DNA of 64,000 nucleotides from Octopus sinensis (Eukaryota): NCBI RefSeq assembly GCF_006345805.1, contig NC_043000.1, positions 151,094,001 to 151,158,000 of the forward strand, read 5' to 3'. Shown piece by piece: positions 1 to 11,054 of this stretch (position 1 is its first letter; each line of letters starts with the position of its first letter). The notes under the pieces were generated by a model. It saw only the letters and a program-made list of their open reading frames with translations, ran no database searches and was not told where the DNA came from. The position numbers and the translations under genes were made by a program.

Positions 1-405
1 CATTGCACCCGACCTTCAGAAGAAGGTTGGCTGCTTCTCTGAGAAACACTGCTCTAGCGTATCTATACTTGCTTTATAAAGCAATAGGGTGTAAGTTAAA
101 GAAAATTTGTCTACTATTTCTAGCAGGTCTAACTATCACGTTGGCCTGAATGCATACATCTTCGTTAAGCAATTCAACGTTTGCTTCCGAAATTTTTTTC
201 AGGTTTGTTCCAACGGCGAGTAATTTATCAACTCTTTAACAACTGTCATATTAGATCAGTCGGTTTCAAATAATGCACCGCGGCACACTGGTACTCTGCA
301 AAGGACATCTTGATGCTCCATGGGTACTTAAACCTATGATTTAAGGCTTTAATAAATTTGTAGTACTACTTGATCTTCAAAAAAATGTTATTCGTAATAT
401 TGTTA

Positions 406-1290
406 TACGAGGTGGTATCAAAACGTTCCCGGACTAGTTCAGTAGCGCGCTAACAAATGGCAGTACACGGTTGCATGCACAGTGAGAGCCAGCAGTGACC
501 TTCATGAGGTGCCGAAAGACATTGCTGTGTTTACTTCGCAAATTGTGAAATTTGTGTTTTTGTTATCACGTGTATGCTGCAGTCTGTGATTTTGTCATGG
601 ACAGGAACAAAGAACCAGCGTGAAATTTTGCGTTAAACCAGGGAAGTCTGCTACAGAGACATTGGGCATGCTTCGGCAAGCTTATAGTGACGAGGCAATG
701 GGTCGGACACAATGTTTCGAGTGACATGGGTGCTTCAAGAGCGGAAGACCGTCCCTGGAAGACAATGAGCGATCTGGAAGACATGTCACGAATGTCATCC
801 CTCGGAAATGTGGTATTGTGTATCGAGAATTCGTCCCCCAGGACCAGACCGTCAATCGAGAGTTCTACTTCGACGTTTTGAAGCCTTTGAAGGAGGACAT
901 TAGGCGAAAGTGACCGGATCTGTGCAGCCCGAAGAATGAATTCTTCGCGACGATAATGCACTCTGTCAATTGAGCTCTCCTCACACATGAATTTCTCACT
1001 CAAAACAACATGGTATCACTTCCGCACCCACTGTATTCGCCAGATTTAGCAGCTCCGGGCTTCCATCTCTTCCTCAAGATGAAAATGCAGCTGAAAGGTC
1101 GCCGTTTTAACACCGTTGTCGGGATCAAGAGCGAATCGCAGTAAGTCCAAAAGTGGCAGGAACCCTGGTACCGGTATAGTGCTGCGCAAGGTGACTATTT
1201 CGAAGAAGGTGATGTTAAAATTTAGATAAATAAGTTATTTTTTTTTTATTAAGCATAACCAGTCCAGGAAATTTTTGATGTCTCCTCATA
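406..1290 (+). mobile_element. Internally deleted mariner (Tc1/mariner) DNA transposon relic
   Basis: Imperfect TIRs (TA|cgaggtggtatcaaaacgttcccggactagt at 406; accagtccaggaaatttttgatgtctcctca|TA ending 1290). Broken transposase reads VKFCVKPGKSATETLGMLRQAYSDEAMGRTQCFE near 620-720, then after a deletion GIVYREFVPQDQTVNREFY...DNA...YSPDLAAPGFHLF near 815-1075. Confidence 0.85.
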
Positions 1291-1687
1291 CACAAGTTCA
1301 GTTAGTAACTGCTTTTTGCATCTTTTTATTTTATTTATTACATTTTTTGAGTATAAATTTTTAACATTAAAGCAGTTTATTTTTTAGAATTTTCTTTGTG
1401 AAATAAGCCTAGTGGTTATTTATTTAATTATTTTTTTGCTTTCTAGTGTGACAGATTGCAGTAGATAAGCATTCGATAATTGCAACTTAAAGAGTCGATA
1501 AGGTACAATAAGTGCTTGTGTGTGTGTGTGTATGTGTGTGTGTGTGTGTGTGTGGTGTGTTTTCGTGTGAATGCACGCATCGACACACAAGCGTATATAA
1601 TATAAAATATATTCAATTAGTTTCGCTCGGAATATGGTATTGATACGCCGTGTTCGCAATTGTTTTCCAATATTTTATATCTTAATA

Positions 1688-2565
1688 GGGCGATGAGCTG
1701 GCACAGTGGTTAGAACGCCGAGCACAATGGTTAGCACGCCGAGCACAATGGTTGTCGCGCCGAGCACAATGGTTAGCACGCCGAGCACAATGGTTAGCAC
1801 GCCGAGCACAATGGTTGGCGCGCCGAGCACAATGGTTGGCGCGCCGAGTACAATGGTTGGCGCGCCGAGTACAATGGTTGGCGCGCCGAGTACAATGGTT
1901 GACGCGCCGAGGACAATGGTTGGCGCGCCGAGTACAATGGTTAGCACGCCGAGCAACTGGTTGGCGCGCCGACAATGGTTGGCGCGCGGTACAATGGTGG
2001 CGCGCCGAGTACAATGGTTGGCGCGCGAGTACAATGGTTGGCGCCCGAGTACAATGGTTGACGCGCCGAGCACAAGGTTGGCGCGCCGAGACAATGGTTA
2101 GCACGCCGAGCACAATGGTTGGCGCGCCGAAGCACAATGGGTGGCGCGGCCGAGTACAATGGTTGCGTAGTACAAGGACAATGGTTGGCGCGCGAGTACA
2201 ATGGTTGACGCGCCGAGTACAATGGTTGGCGCGCCGAGCACAATGGTTGGCGCGCCGAGTACAATGGTTGGCGCGCCGAGTACAATGGTTGACGCGCCGA
2301 GTACAATGGTTGGCGCGCCGAGCACAATGGTTGGCGCGCCGAGCACAATGGTTGGCGCGCCGAGTACAATGGTTGGCGCGCCGAGCACAATGGTTGGCAC
2401 GCCGGGTACAATGCTTAGCGGCATTTCGTCCATTTTTACGTTCTGATTTCAAATTCCGCCAAGGTCATCCTTTCGGGGTCGATAACATAAATACTAATCG
2501 AGCACTGGGGTCGATGTAAGCGATTAACATCTCCCCCTGCTGGTCTTGTGCTAAAATTTGAAACC
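1688..2565 (+). mobile_element. S1 SINE (tRNA-headed, tail B) with its head expanded into a minisatellite
   Basis: A-box-like tggcacagtgg at ~1698. After the array the normal S1 body resumes (gcttagcggcatttcgtcc...ttcaaattccgcc B box ...ggggtcgat...ttgtgctaaaatttgaaacc). Confidence 0.75.
1702..2417. repeat. 21-bp GC/CpG-rich minisatellite (~33 units, gcgcgccgagYacaatggttg)
   Basis: Directly visible tandem unit. The 7-codon periodicity explains the RRANHC/PSTMVGA ORFs in the track. Confidence 0.95.
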
Positions 2566-2744
2566 AATATTTTATACTTTTGTAACCGTGAGGGCAGCAC
2601 ATTTGGAGAACTATTAGTGTATCGATTGAAATGCCGTGGAGTATTTAGCTATGACCCTTTGCACCTTGCATTCGAATCATACCAAAGTTTGTCTTTCAAT
2701 TTTCTAGGCTCGATAATAATGGTTTTAAATTTTGGCATAGGGCC

Positions 2745-3110
2745 AGCTGTTTTTGAGGCGAGGTGGGAAGTCAATTACATCGACTTGAGTAATTAACTGA
2801 TATCGACCCCAAAAGTTTGAAAGGCAAAGTTGACCGTGAGAATTTGAACTGAGAACATAAAGATGGACAAAATACCTATTTCTTTACTACCCACAAGGGG
2901 CTACACATAGAGGGAGACGAACAAGGACAGACAAACGGATTAAGTCGATTATATCGACCCCAGTGCGTAACTGGTTCTTAATTTATCGACCCCGAAAGGA
3001 TGAAAGGCAAAGTCGACCTCGGCGGAATTTGAACTCAGAACGTAACGGCAGACAAAATACCGCTAAGCATTTTTCCTAGTGTGCTAAGGTTTCTACTACT
3101 TGTCGCTTTA
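2745..3110 (-). mobile_element. Old S1-B SINE with a young S1-A unit (2877-3050) inserted in its head
   Basis: Diverged head (3062-3110) and diverged body with tail B (2745-2865) flank a near-consensus tail-A unit. The direct repeat gacaaaatacc occurs at 2866-2876 and 3051-3061. Confidence 0.75.
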
Positions 3111-3370
3111 TTGGTTTCAAAATTTTGGAACAGGATAGGCAGTTTTAGGGGCAAGTCGATTACATTGACCCCAATACTTGGCTGGTACTTATTTTATCGA
3201 CCGCCATCCCGAAAGGATGAAAGGCAAAATCGACTTCGGCGGCGGAATCTTAACTTAAAGACAGACGAAATGCCGCTAAACATTCCGCCAACACGCCGTC
3301 GTCATGGTCGATAATAATACATGTGTTTCAATAGACATAACTATACATATTTTAATATTCTCGCATAGCC

Positions 3371-3923
3371 GTTCTGAGTTCAATTTCTGCCGAGGTCGAC
3401 TTTGCCTTTCATCCTTTCGGGGTCGATAAAATAAGTACCAGTCACGCACTGGGGTCGATATAATCGACTTAATCCGTTTGTCTGTCCTTGTTTGTCCCCT
3501 CTATGTTTAGCCCCTTGTGGGCAGTAAAGAAATCAATATTCTTGCACAGCCATTCTGCGTTCAAATTCCGCTTTGCCTTTCATCCTTTCGGAGTCGATAA
3601 ATTAAGTAGCAGTTGCGTACTGGAGTCGATCTAATCGACAGGCCCCCTTCCCAAATTCGTGCCTTGTGCCTAGAGTAGAAAAAAAAAGAATATTCTTGCA
3701 TAGTTAAGGCGGCGAGCTGGCAGAAACGTTAGCACGCCGGGCGAAATGCTTAGCGGTATTTCATCTGTCTTTATGTTCTGAGTTCAAATTCCGCCGAGGT
3801 CGATTTTGCCTTTCGACCTTTCGATAAATTACGATAAATTACGTAGCAGTTGCGTACTAGGGTCGATCCAATTGACTGGCCCCCTCCCCCAAAATTTCTG
3901 GCCTTGTGCCTTGAGTAGAAAAG
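3371..3923 (+). mobile_element. Cluster of three S1 SINE copies (one tail A, two tail B)
   Basis: B box gagttcaaattcc and ggggtcgat core repeated three times. The full copy 3705-3923 is flanked by the direct repeat aatattcttgcatagtta (3688 and 3924). Confidence 0.75.
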
Positions 3924-4539
3924 AATATTCTTGCATAGTTATGAAATATGTAATAAAACAATAATTTTATTTAATAACAAGTTGACGTCGATGGATTTGA
4001 ACACGAAATATAAGAACTGGAAAACATTTTCCCAATTCTGTCAGCTCACCGCTTTGCAGCACCTATACTAATGATAAACAAAGTATGGTAATTATGACGC
4101 TAATAGACAACAATCAAAATTAAAATGATGAAAATAGAAATAACACTAAAATTCAGTGAAAAAAAAAAAACGTTACGCTAATGTAAAGGTGATTAGATCT
4201 ATAGTAAGATAATAGGAGGGTTGCGATAATGGTGTCGGAGGTAATAAAATAAGTGTATACCGTACGATAAACAAATGAATCGAAGAGGACCTCGGGAGAC
4301 AAGGGTCTTCGCAGCCGAATGGAACCGAACGAAGCTTACCTACGAGCATATACATTCAGACGTGAACTAGCACGTACACATACATACAAAAACATACACA
4401 TAAATGTGTGTGTGAGTGTGTGCGCGCGCGTGTATATATATATATACAACTTATAAACAAAGGCAAAAATTTAACCTTTAAAGGTACTTTTATAATATGC
4501 TGGCTATTGATAAAATTTTTTTAGAAAATTTTTATTCTA

Positions 4540-4548
4540 TATTATATA

Positions 4549-4607
<59 letters not shown>

Positions 4608-4641
4608 TATATATATACGTACGCATGTATGTATATATATA

Positions 4642-4731
<90 letters not shown>

Positions 4732-4845
4732 GTACGCATGTATGTATATATATATATATATATATACGTACGCATGTATGTATACTTGCACATACATAAA
4801 TATGCATACGTATGTGTGTATATAAATATGTGTGCGAAATGTGCA

Positions 4846-4885
<40 letters not shown>
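4540..4885. repeat. (TA)n/(CA)n compound microsatellite
   Basis: Directly visible. Confidence 0.95.
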
Positions 4886-4888
<3 letters not shown>

Positions 4889-5204
4889 GTACATATTTAG
4901 TCTAAGAGTGAAATTTATGGTAACACATTTAGTTCTTTAGTCACGTGCCTGTGAATATAAAAAATTAGTATGAAGATAAATGGATCTGTTCAGTTTCAAT
5001 CACAAATTTTTAAATTATATTTTTTTAACTAAAGAGTTTGAAACTTCTAACATACGAAATTTTGTCAAAACTATTGAAAGTGAACCGTGTTCAGCATGAG
5101 AAATTACACCAGTATACGAAATTTGAAACTGTTTAGTTAAAAGAAAAATATTTAAGAAATCTGTGAACGAAACTGAACAGATTTATATAAATGATTTTGT
5201 TATA

Positions 5205-5992
5205 TTGGTTTCGAATTTTGGCACAAGGTCAGCAAGCTTGGAGGATGGAATGATAAGTCGATTATATCGACCCCAGTGCTCAAAAGGGACTTATTTTATT
5301 GACCGTGAAAGGCTGAAAGGCAAAGTCGGCCCCGGCGTAATTTGAACTCAGAACGTAGCGTCAGACGAAATACCTATTTCTATTTCTTTACTACCCACAA
5401 GGGGCTAAACACAGAGAGGACAAACAAGGACAGACAAACGGATTAAGTCAATTATATCGACCCCAGTGCGTAACTGGTACTTATTTAATCGACCCCGAAA
5501 GGATGAAAGGCAAAGTCGACCTCGGCGGAATTTGAACTCAGAACGTAGCGGCAGACGAAATACCTATTTCTATTTCTTTACTACTCACAAGGGGCTAAAC
5601 ACAGAGAGGACAAACAAGGACAGACAAACGGATTAAGTCAATTATATCGACCCCAGTGCGTAACTGGTACTTATTTAATCGACCCCGAAAGGATGAAAGG
5701 CAAAGTCGACCTCGGCGGAATTTGAACTCAGAACGTAAAGACGGACGAAATACCTATTTCTATTTCTTTACTACCCACAAGGGGCTAAACATAGTAGGGA
5801 CAAACAAGGACAGACAAACGGATTAAGTCGATTATATCGACCCCAGTGCGTAACTGGTACTTCATTTATCGACCCCGAAAGGATGAAAGGCAAAGTCGAC
5901 CTCGGCGGAATTTGAACTCAGAACGTAACGGCAGACGAAATACCGCTAAGCACTTCGCCCGGTGTTCTTCTCGATTCTGCCAGTTCCCCACC
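5205..5992 (-). mobile_element. Head-to-tail S1 SINE multimer: old head + three 190-bp S1-A units + old S1-B body
   Basis: Unit junction gaaatacc|tatttc recurs at 5374/5375, 5564/5565 and 5754/5755. The units are near-identical, while the head (5945-5992) and the 5205-5374 body are diverged. Confidence 0.85.
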
Positions 5993-6129
5993 CAAATGAT
6001 TTTGTTATGTTATATGTAAAGCAGTCGCATCTCGTACAAAGGTTGAAAAGTAATACAATTTATACTTAATACAAAGCAACTACTGAAACATGTTAAATAG
6101 GAAAGATGTGTAGTCTTACTTAGGAATAA

Positions 6130-6189
6130 TTTTTTCACTATAGAACGTTCTATTTCGACGACTGTAAATCTCATCAGGTGGTGTAAAAA
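6130..6189 (-). ncRNA. Type I hammerhead ribozyme motif (PLE-type, palindromic helix III)
   Basis: Minus strand: cac CUGAUGA gatttacagtcgtc GAAA tagaacgttcta UA|gtg. All core nucleotides are present. Helix I is cac/gtg plus a U/A extension; predicted cleavage 6139/6138. Confidence 0.65.
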
Positions 6190-6608
6190 TAAAGCTTTCT
6201 GTGACCAGTAGTATATAGCTTTAAGTTGTGTAAGGTTAGATATTAAACTCGGAACGTATGAATATATAGGAAAACAGACATATCTAACCGAAGGAAAGTA
6301 TATTTTGGTGGTGGTGGTGGGGGAATGATCAGCACCGAACCGACGCCTTTGGGGTTATGTATAATCAGTAAAAAAGACGTATGTACTCCACACAGTACAT
6401 TATAATTAATGTCAGCAATCTATTTTCAAAAACTTGCCCAACAAATGTTCATATCAATTATGAGAGCAACAATATTAAATTTATACAAGGAAAGAATAAA
6501 CGGAAAGAGTCACCCTCTGATACATAATATAAAGAAAATATGTGTGATCTTACCCCGTAGTAAGTCTACTAACTTATCTCTCCTTAACTGTTGTAAAAAT
6601 AAGACATA

Positions 6609-6692
<84 letters not shown>

Positions 6693-6918
6693 GTTTGTCT
6701 ACCCATCTACCTACATACCTACCTACCTACCTACCTTCCTACCTACCTACCTACCTACCTACCTACCTGACTACCTACCTACCTGTCTACCTACCTACCT
6801 GTCTACCTACCTACCTGTCTACCTGTCCGTCTGTCTACCTACCTGTCTACCTGTCTACCTGTCTGTCTGTCTGTCTGTCTGCCTGCCAGCCTGCCTGTCT
6901 GCCTGCCTACCTGCCTGC

Positions 6919-6962
<44 letters not shown>

Positions 6963-6990
6963 ATCTATCTATCTAGCTAGCTAGCTAGCT
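6609..6990. repeat. (TATC)n-(TACC)n-(TGTC)n compound microsatellite
   Basis: Directly visible. Confidence 0.95.
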
Positions 6991-7281
6991 GTCTGTTCAT
7001 CAATCAGTCTGTTTATCGATAGACAGAAAGATAGATATATATTCACGAGATGCAAATCAAAGTATATCCCGATGTAATTACCACTTTATGTAATGAAGAT
7101 TATGCTCAATATTGAAAATGGTGCTAAGACGAATGTATACATATTGAAAAACATTTAAAAGCAAACCATGTACACGTAGAAACTGGATTGAGATATGAAT
7201 CCTGAATCCAAGTATAATTATTAATTATCATATTCCGGATCCAATCATCAATTTTTTGGTGCACCAGGTTACATAGCCTGC

Positions 7282-7319
<38 letters not shown>

Positions 7320-7324
7320 GTGTT

Positions 7325-7369
<45 letters not shown>

Positions 7370-7548
7370 ATTAGGGCTTAGTAAAATAAATTACTTTGCC
7401 ACATACTGAACTTAGTAGAAATAGCAGCCAGAAAAAAATTTTTTAGCCATTTCTACTACTTAAAGAAAATTCTCTCAGATAATGTTTACTCCAGACAGCT
7501 CACGCAGGTTGGAGGTAAATACAGAAAAAATCACAAGTACATAGATCG

Positions 7549-7610
7549 TTGAGTACGTCAACGTTTCAAGATTAGCCAAATAAAATCAGCATTTCTTTCG
7601 TCAGCTCAAA
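7549..7610 (-). ncRNA. Type I hammerhead ribozyme motif (left arm)
   Basis: Minus strand: ttgag CUGACGA aagaaatgctgattttatttggctaatctt GAAAC gttgac GUA|ctcaa; predicted cleavage 7554/7553. Confidence 0.75.
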
Positions 7611-7973
7611 ATTTCTTAATTTGGATTTGGAAACACTAAAAAGAAGGAACTTTACCTATCGGCGAACTTGTCGCTTCAGATGAACCAGCTCCAACTGCCA
7701 GTGCCAACAAATTCAAAATGCGCAGGCGTAAATCTCTGCACTCCTCTTGTTGATATTATAATTCATTTCTCTCTGTCATACTGCCTCGGTTCTCGCGGTT
7801 AAAATATAATGTTTGCTAGATAGACCACGTGGGTGGAAGAGGAGTGCAGAGATTTACGCCTGCGCATTTTGAATTTGTTGGCACTGGCAGTTGGAGCTGG
7901 TTCATCTGAAGCGACAAGTTCGCCGATAGGTAAAGTTCCTTCTTTTTAGTGTTTCCAAATCCAAATAAGAAAT

Positions 7974-8036
7974 TTTGAGCTGACGAAAGAAATGCTGATT
8001 TTATTTGGCTAATCTTGAAACGTTGACGTACTCAAA
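7974..8036 (+). ncRNA. Type I hammerhead ribozyme motif (right arm)
   Basis: tttgag CTGACGA (7980-7986), helix II aaga/tctt + gctga/ttggc, GAAAC (8017-8021), gttgac, GTA (8028-8030), then ctcaaa. Helix I is a 6-bp perfect stem. Confidence 0.78.
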
Positions 8037-8312
8037 CGATCTATGTACTTGTGATATTTTTCTGTATTTACCTCCAAACCTGCGTGAGCTGTCTGGAGTA
8101 AACATTATCTGACAGAAATTTTTTTTAAGTAGTAGAAATGGCTAAAAAAATTTTTTTGGGCTGCTATTTCTACTAAGTTCAGTATGTGGCAAAGTAATTT
8201 ATTTTACTAAGCCCTAATTATATAATGTAATATTTTGAATTCGCCCTAAATGGTCCTTTTACATACTGAACACTTGGTGAAATTGATTAATTAATTTTAC
8301 CCTCAATTGTTG

Positions 8313-8344
<32 letters not shown>

Positions 8345-8747
8345 TACTCTTTTACTTGTTTCAGTCATTTGACTGCGGCCATGATGGAGCACCGCCTTTA
8401 GTCGAGCAAATCGACCCCGGGACTTATTCTTTGTAAGCCCAGTACTTATTCTATCGGTTTCTTTTGCCGAACCGCTAAGTGACGGGGACGTAAACACACC
8501 AGCATCGGTTGTCAAGCAATGCTAGGGGGACAAACACAGACACACAAACATATACACACACACTTATATATATATACATATATACGACAGGCTTCTTTCA
8601 GTTTCCGTCTACCAAATCCACTCACAAGGCATTGGTCGGCCCGGAGCTATAGCAGAAGACACTTGCCCAAGATGCCACGCAGTGGGACTGAACCCGGAAC
8701 CATGTGGTTGGTTAGCAAGCTACTTACCACACAGCCACTCCTGCGCC
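8345..8747 (-). mobile_element. S2 SINE (~400 bp, tRNA-like head ggcgcaggagtggctgtgtggtaag, internal TA/TG tract, (aagagta)n tail)
   Basis: Same sequence recurs at more than 10 places in the window. Confidence 0.85.
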
Positions 8748-8781
8748 TATATATATATATTATATATATATATAATATATA

Positions 8782-8823
<42 letters not shown>

Positions 8824-8860
8824 TATATATATATATATATATATAATATATATATATATA

Positions 8861-8910
<50 letters not shown>
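8748..8910. repeat. (TA)n microsatellite between inverted S2 copies
   Basis: Directly visible. Confidence 0.95.
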
Positions 8911-8913
<3 letters not shown>

Positions 8914-8916
8914 CCA

Positions 8917-9319
8917 CAGGAGTGGCTGTGTGGTAAGTAGCTTGTTTACCAACCACATGGTTCCGGGTTCAGTTCCACTGTGTGGCACCTTGGGCAAGTG
9001 TCTTCTACTATAGCCTCAGGCCGACCAAAGCCTTGTGAGTGGATTTGGTAGACGGAAACTGAAAGAAGCCCGTCGTATATATGTATATATATTTATGTGC
9101 ATGTATATTTGTGTGTCTGTGTTTGTCCCCCTAGCATTGCTTGACAACCGATGCTGGTGTGTTTATGTCCCCGTTACTTAGCGGTTCGGCAAAAGTACTG
9201 GGCTTACAAAGAATAAGTCCCGGGGTCGAGTTGCTCAATTAAAGGCGGTGCACAAGCATGGCCGCAGTCAAAATGACTGAAACAAGTAAAAAGAGAAGAA
9301 AAAAGAGAAAAAGAGAGTA
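8917..9319 (+). mobile_element. S2 SINE
   Basis: Reverse complement of 8345-8747 with a small internal deletion. Confidence 0.85.
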
Positions 9320-9749
9320 TGTATGTATATACACAAAAATTATTATAATTATAAACATAATTATAATATTTATAATTATGTTTATAATTATAATTTTTGC
9401 ATAAGTTTACCGATAATGATTCTTTTAACATACCGAACTACTTGGTAAGATTATTAATTATAAATTGATTAATTAATTTTATCCTTTATTATTATTGATA
9501 ATACACACACACACACACACACGCACACACACACATATATACATAATACGACATGGAAATACTTTAACCCATCTTTAATGATCAGTTACAATTGTTTCTG
9601 TACAAGCCCTAACCCTAACTCTAACCCTTATGCGACTTTAAGCAATATTCGATGTGAAAATTTACGTAATATTCGTAATATATATATATATATATATATT
9701 GATAAAAATGGTAAGACAACAAAAGAATGAAGGCGACCTCGATATTGTG

Positions 9750-9789
<40 letters not shown>

Positions 9790-9938
9790 ATTTGGCAGAA
9801 GAAACAAGATCAGAGAGTTTCGTGTGTTAGCATTTTTGCTTACAATGTGTATATATGCATACATCGTATGCTCGTAAGAAAGTAACCATGAACGCTACCC
9901 TTCTGAGCAATAAATAATACATGCGTGTGTGAGTGCGC

Positions 9939-9939
<1 letters not shown>

Positions 9940-9982
<43 letters not shown>

Positions 9983-10244
9983 TGTATGTGTATGTGTGTG
10001 TGTGTATGTATGTGTGTATGTGTATGTGTGTGTGTATGTGTATGTGTGTGTGTATGTGTATGTGTGTGTGTATGTGTATGTGTGTGTGTGTATGTGTGTG
10101 TGTATGTGTATGTGTGTGTATGTATGTGTGTATGTGTATGTGTGTGTGTGTATGTGTGTGTGTATGTGTGTGTGTATGTGTATGTGTATGTGTGTGTATG
10201 TATGTGTGTGTGTGTGTATGTGTGTGTGTGTATGTGTGTGTGTA

Positions 10245-10276
<32 letters not shown>

Positions 10277-10302
10277 TGCGTGCGTGCGTGCGTGCGTGCG
10301 TG
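9940..10302. repeat. (TG)n/(TATG) compound microsatellite
   Basis: Directly visible. Confidence 0.95.
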
Positions 10303-10705
10303 TTTTTAATTCTCCAGCCTGTCTTTGCATGTTAGACTTCCGAGGGAATGCTGCCAGATTTCATAATCTTCAAAAGTAATTAATTGGCGAAGCCCCTCAG
10401 GCATTTACGATTTTGGGGGGAAATGTAATATTCTTTTTATTTTTGTATCTTTATTTTTCTAATCCATTCTCCAGTTTCCCTACACACAAGCCGACTGACC
10501 TTTCCACCGAGTACTCCCTTCTGGCTAGTAGGATTGTTCCTTTAAAGAAACTGGTCGCCCGATCTCATGTTTCTCTACTCGTTTCCAAATCAATGATTAT
10601 TACTTACAACAACAACAACAATAATAAAAATATTAATAATCATAACAATGATGATAATGATAAGGATAATGAGGATAATAATAATAGTAATGATATGATA
10701 ATAAT

Positions 10706-10912
10706 CCTTTCTACTATAGGCACAAAGTCTGAAATTTTTGGGGGAGGGGGCCGCTCGAATTGATCGACACTAGTACGTAACTGGTACATAATTTATCGAC
10801 CCCGAAAGGATGAAAGACACAGTCGATCTCGGTGGAATTCGAACACAGAGCGAAAGGAGAGACGAAATGCCGCTAAGAATTTTGTCCGGCTTGCTAACGA
10901 TTCTGCCAGCTC
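10706..10912 (-). mobile_element. S1-B SINE within ATT-type repeats
   Basis: S1 head, B box and core, with tail B ending gtagaaaggattatt on the minus strand. Confidence 0.75.
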
Positions 10913-10970
<58 letters not shown>

Positions 10971-10999
10971 GTAATAGTAATAATAATAATAATAATAGC

Positions 11000-11054
<55 letters not shown>

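Larger units (their letters stand above)
7372..8216. mobile_element. 845-bp foldback: two ~380-bp inverted arms around an 88-bp spacer, probably an inverted pair of Penelope-like pLTRs
   Basis: Arms 7372-7748 and 7837-8216 are near-perfect reverse complements, each carries a hammerhead motif, and both outer ends abut the palindrome attatataat. PLE identity is inferred from the hammerheads. Confidence 0.7.

Noticed and set aside
1702-2417. CRISPR-like array (also considered for 37297-37530)
   Set aside because: Units are contiguous with no unique spacers; eukaryotic context and no cas genes.
1675-2519. Six overlapping ORFs up to 256 aa
   Set aside because: Products of a stop-free 21-bp tandem repeat inside a SINE; open in several frames on both strands.
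4170-4390. Possible minus-strand exon (tag|gtaagc near 4340)
   Set aside because: No credible acceptor or coding signal.
7362-8226. Mutator-like MITE with 10-bp TSD attatataat
   Set aside because: The 10-mer is itself palindromic, so it may simply be part of the arms. The hammerheads favour a PLE origin; not fully excluded.
8519-9013. Recurrent ORFs beginning MLGGQTQTHKH or MTTDAGVF
   Set aside because: Incidental frames of the S2 SINE, recurring wherever the SINE occurs.
9607-9630. Telomere-like (CCCTAA) repeats
   Set aside because: Only two exact and two degenerate units; too short to call an interstitial telomere.
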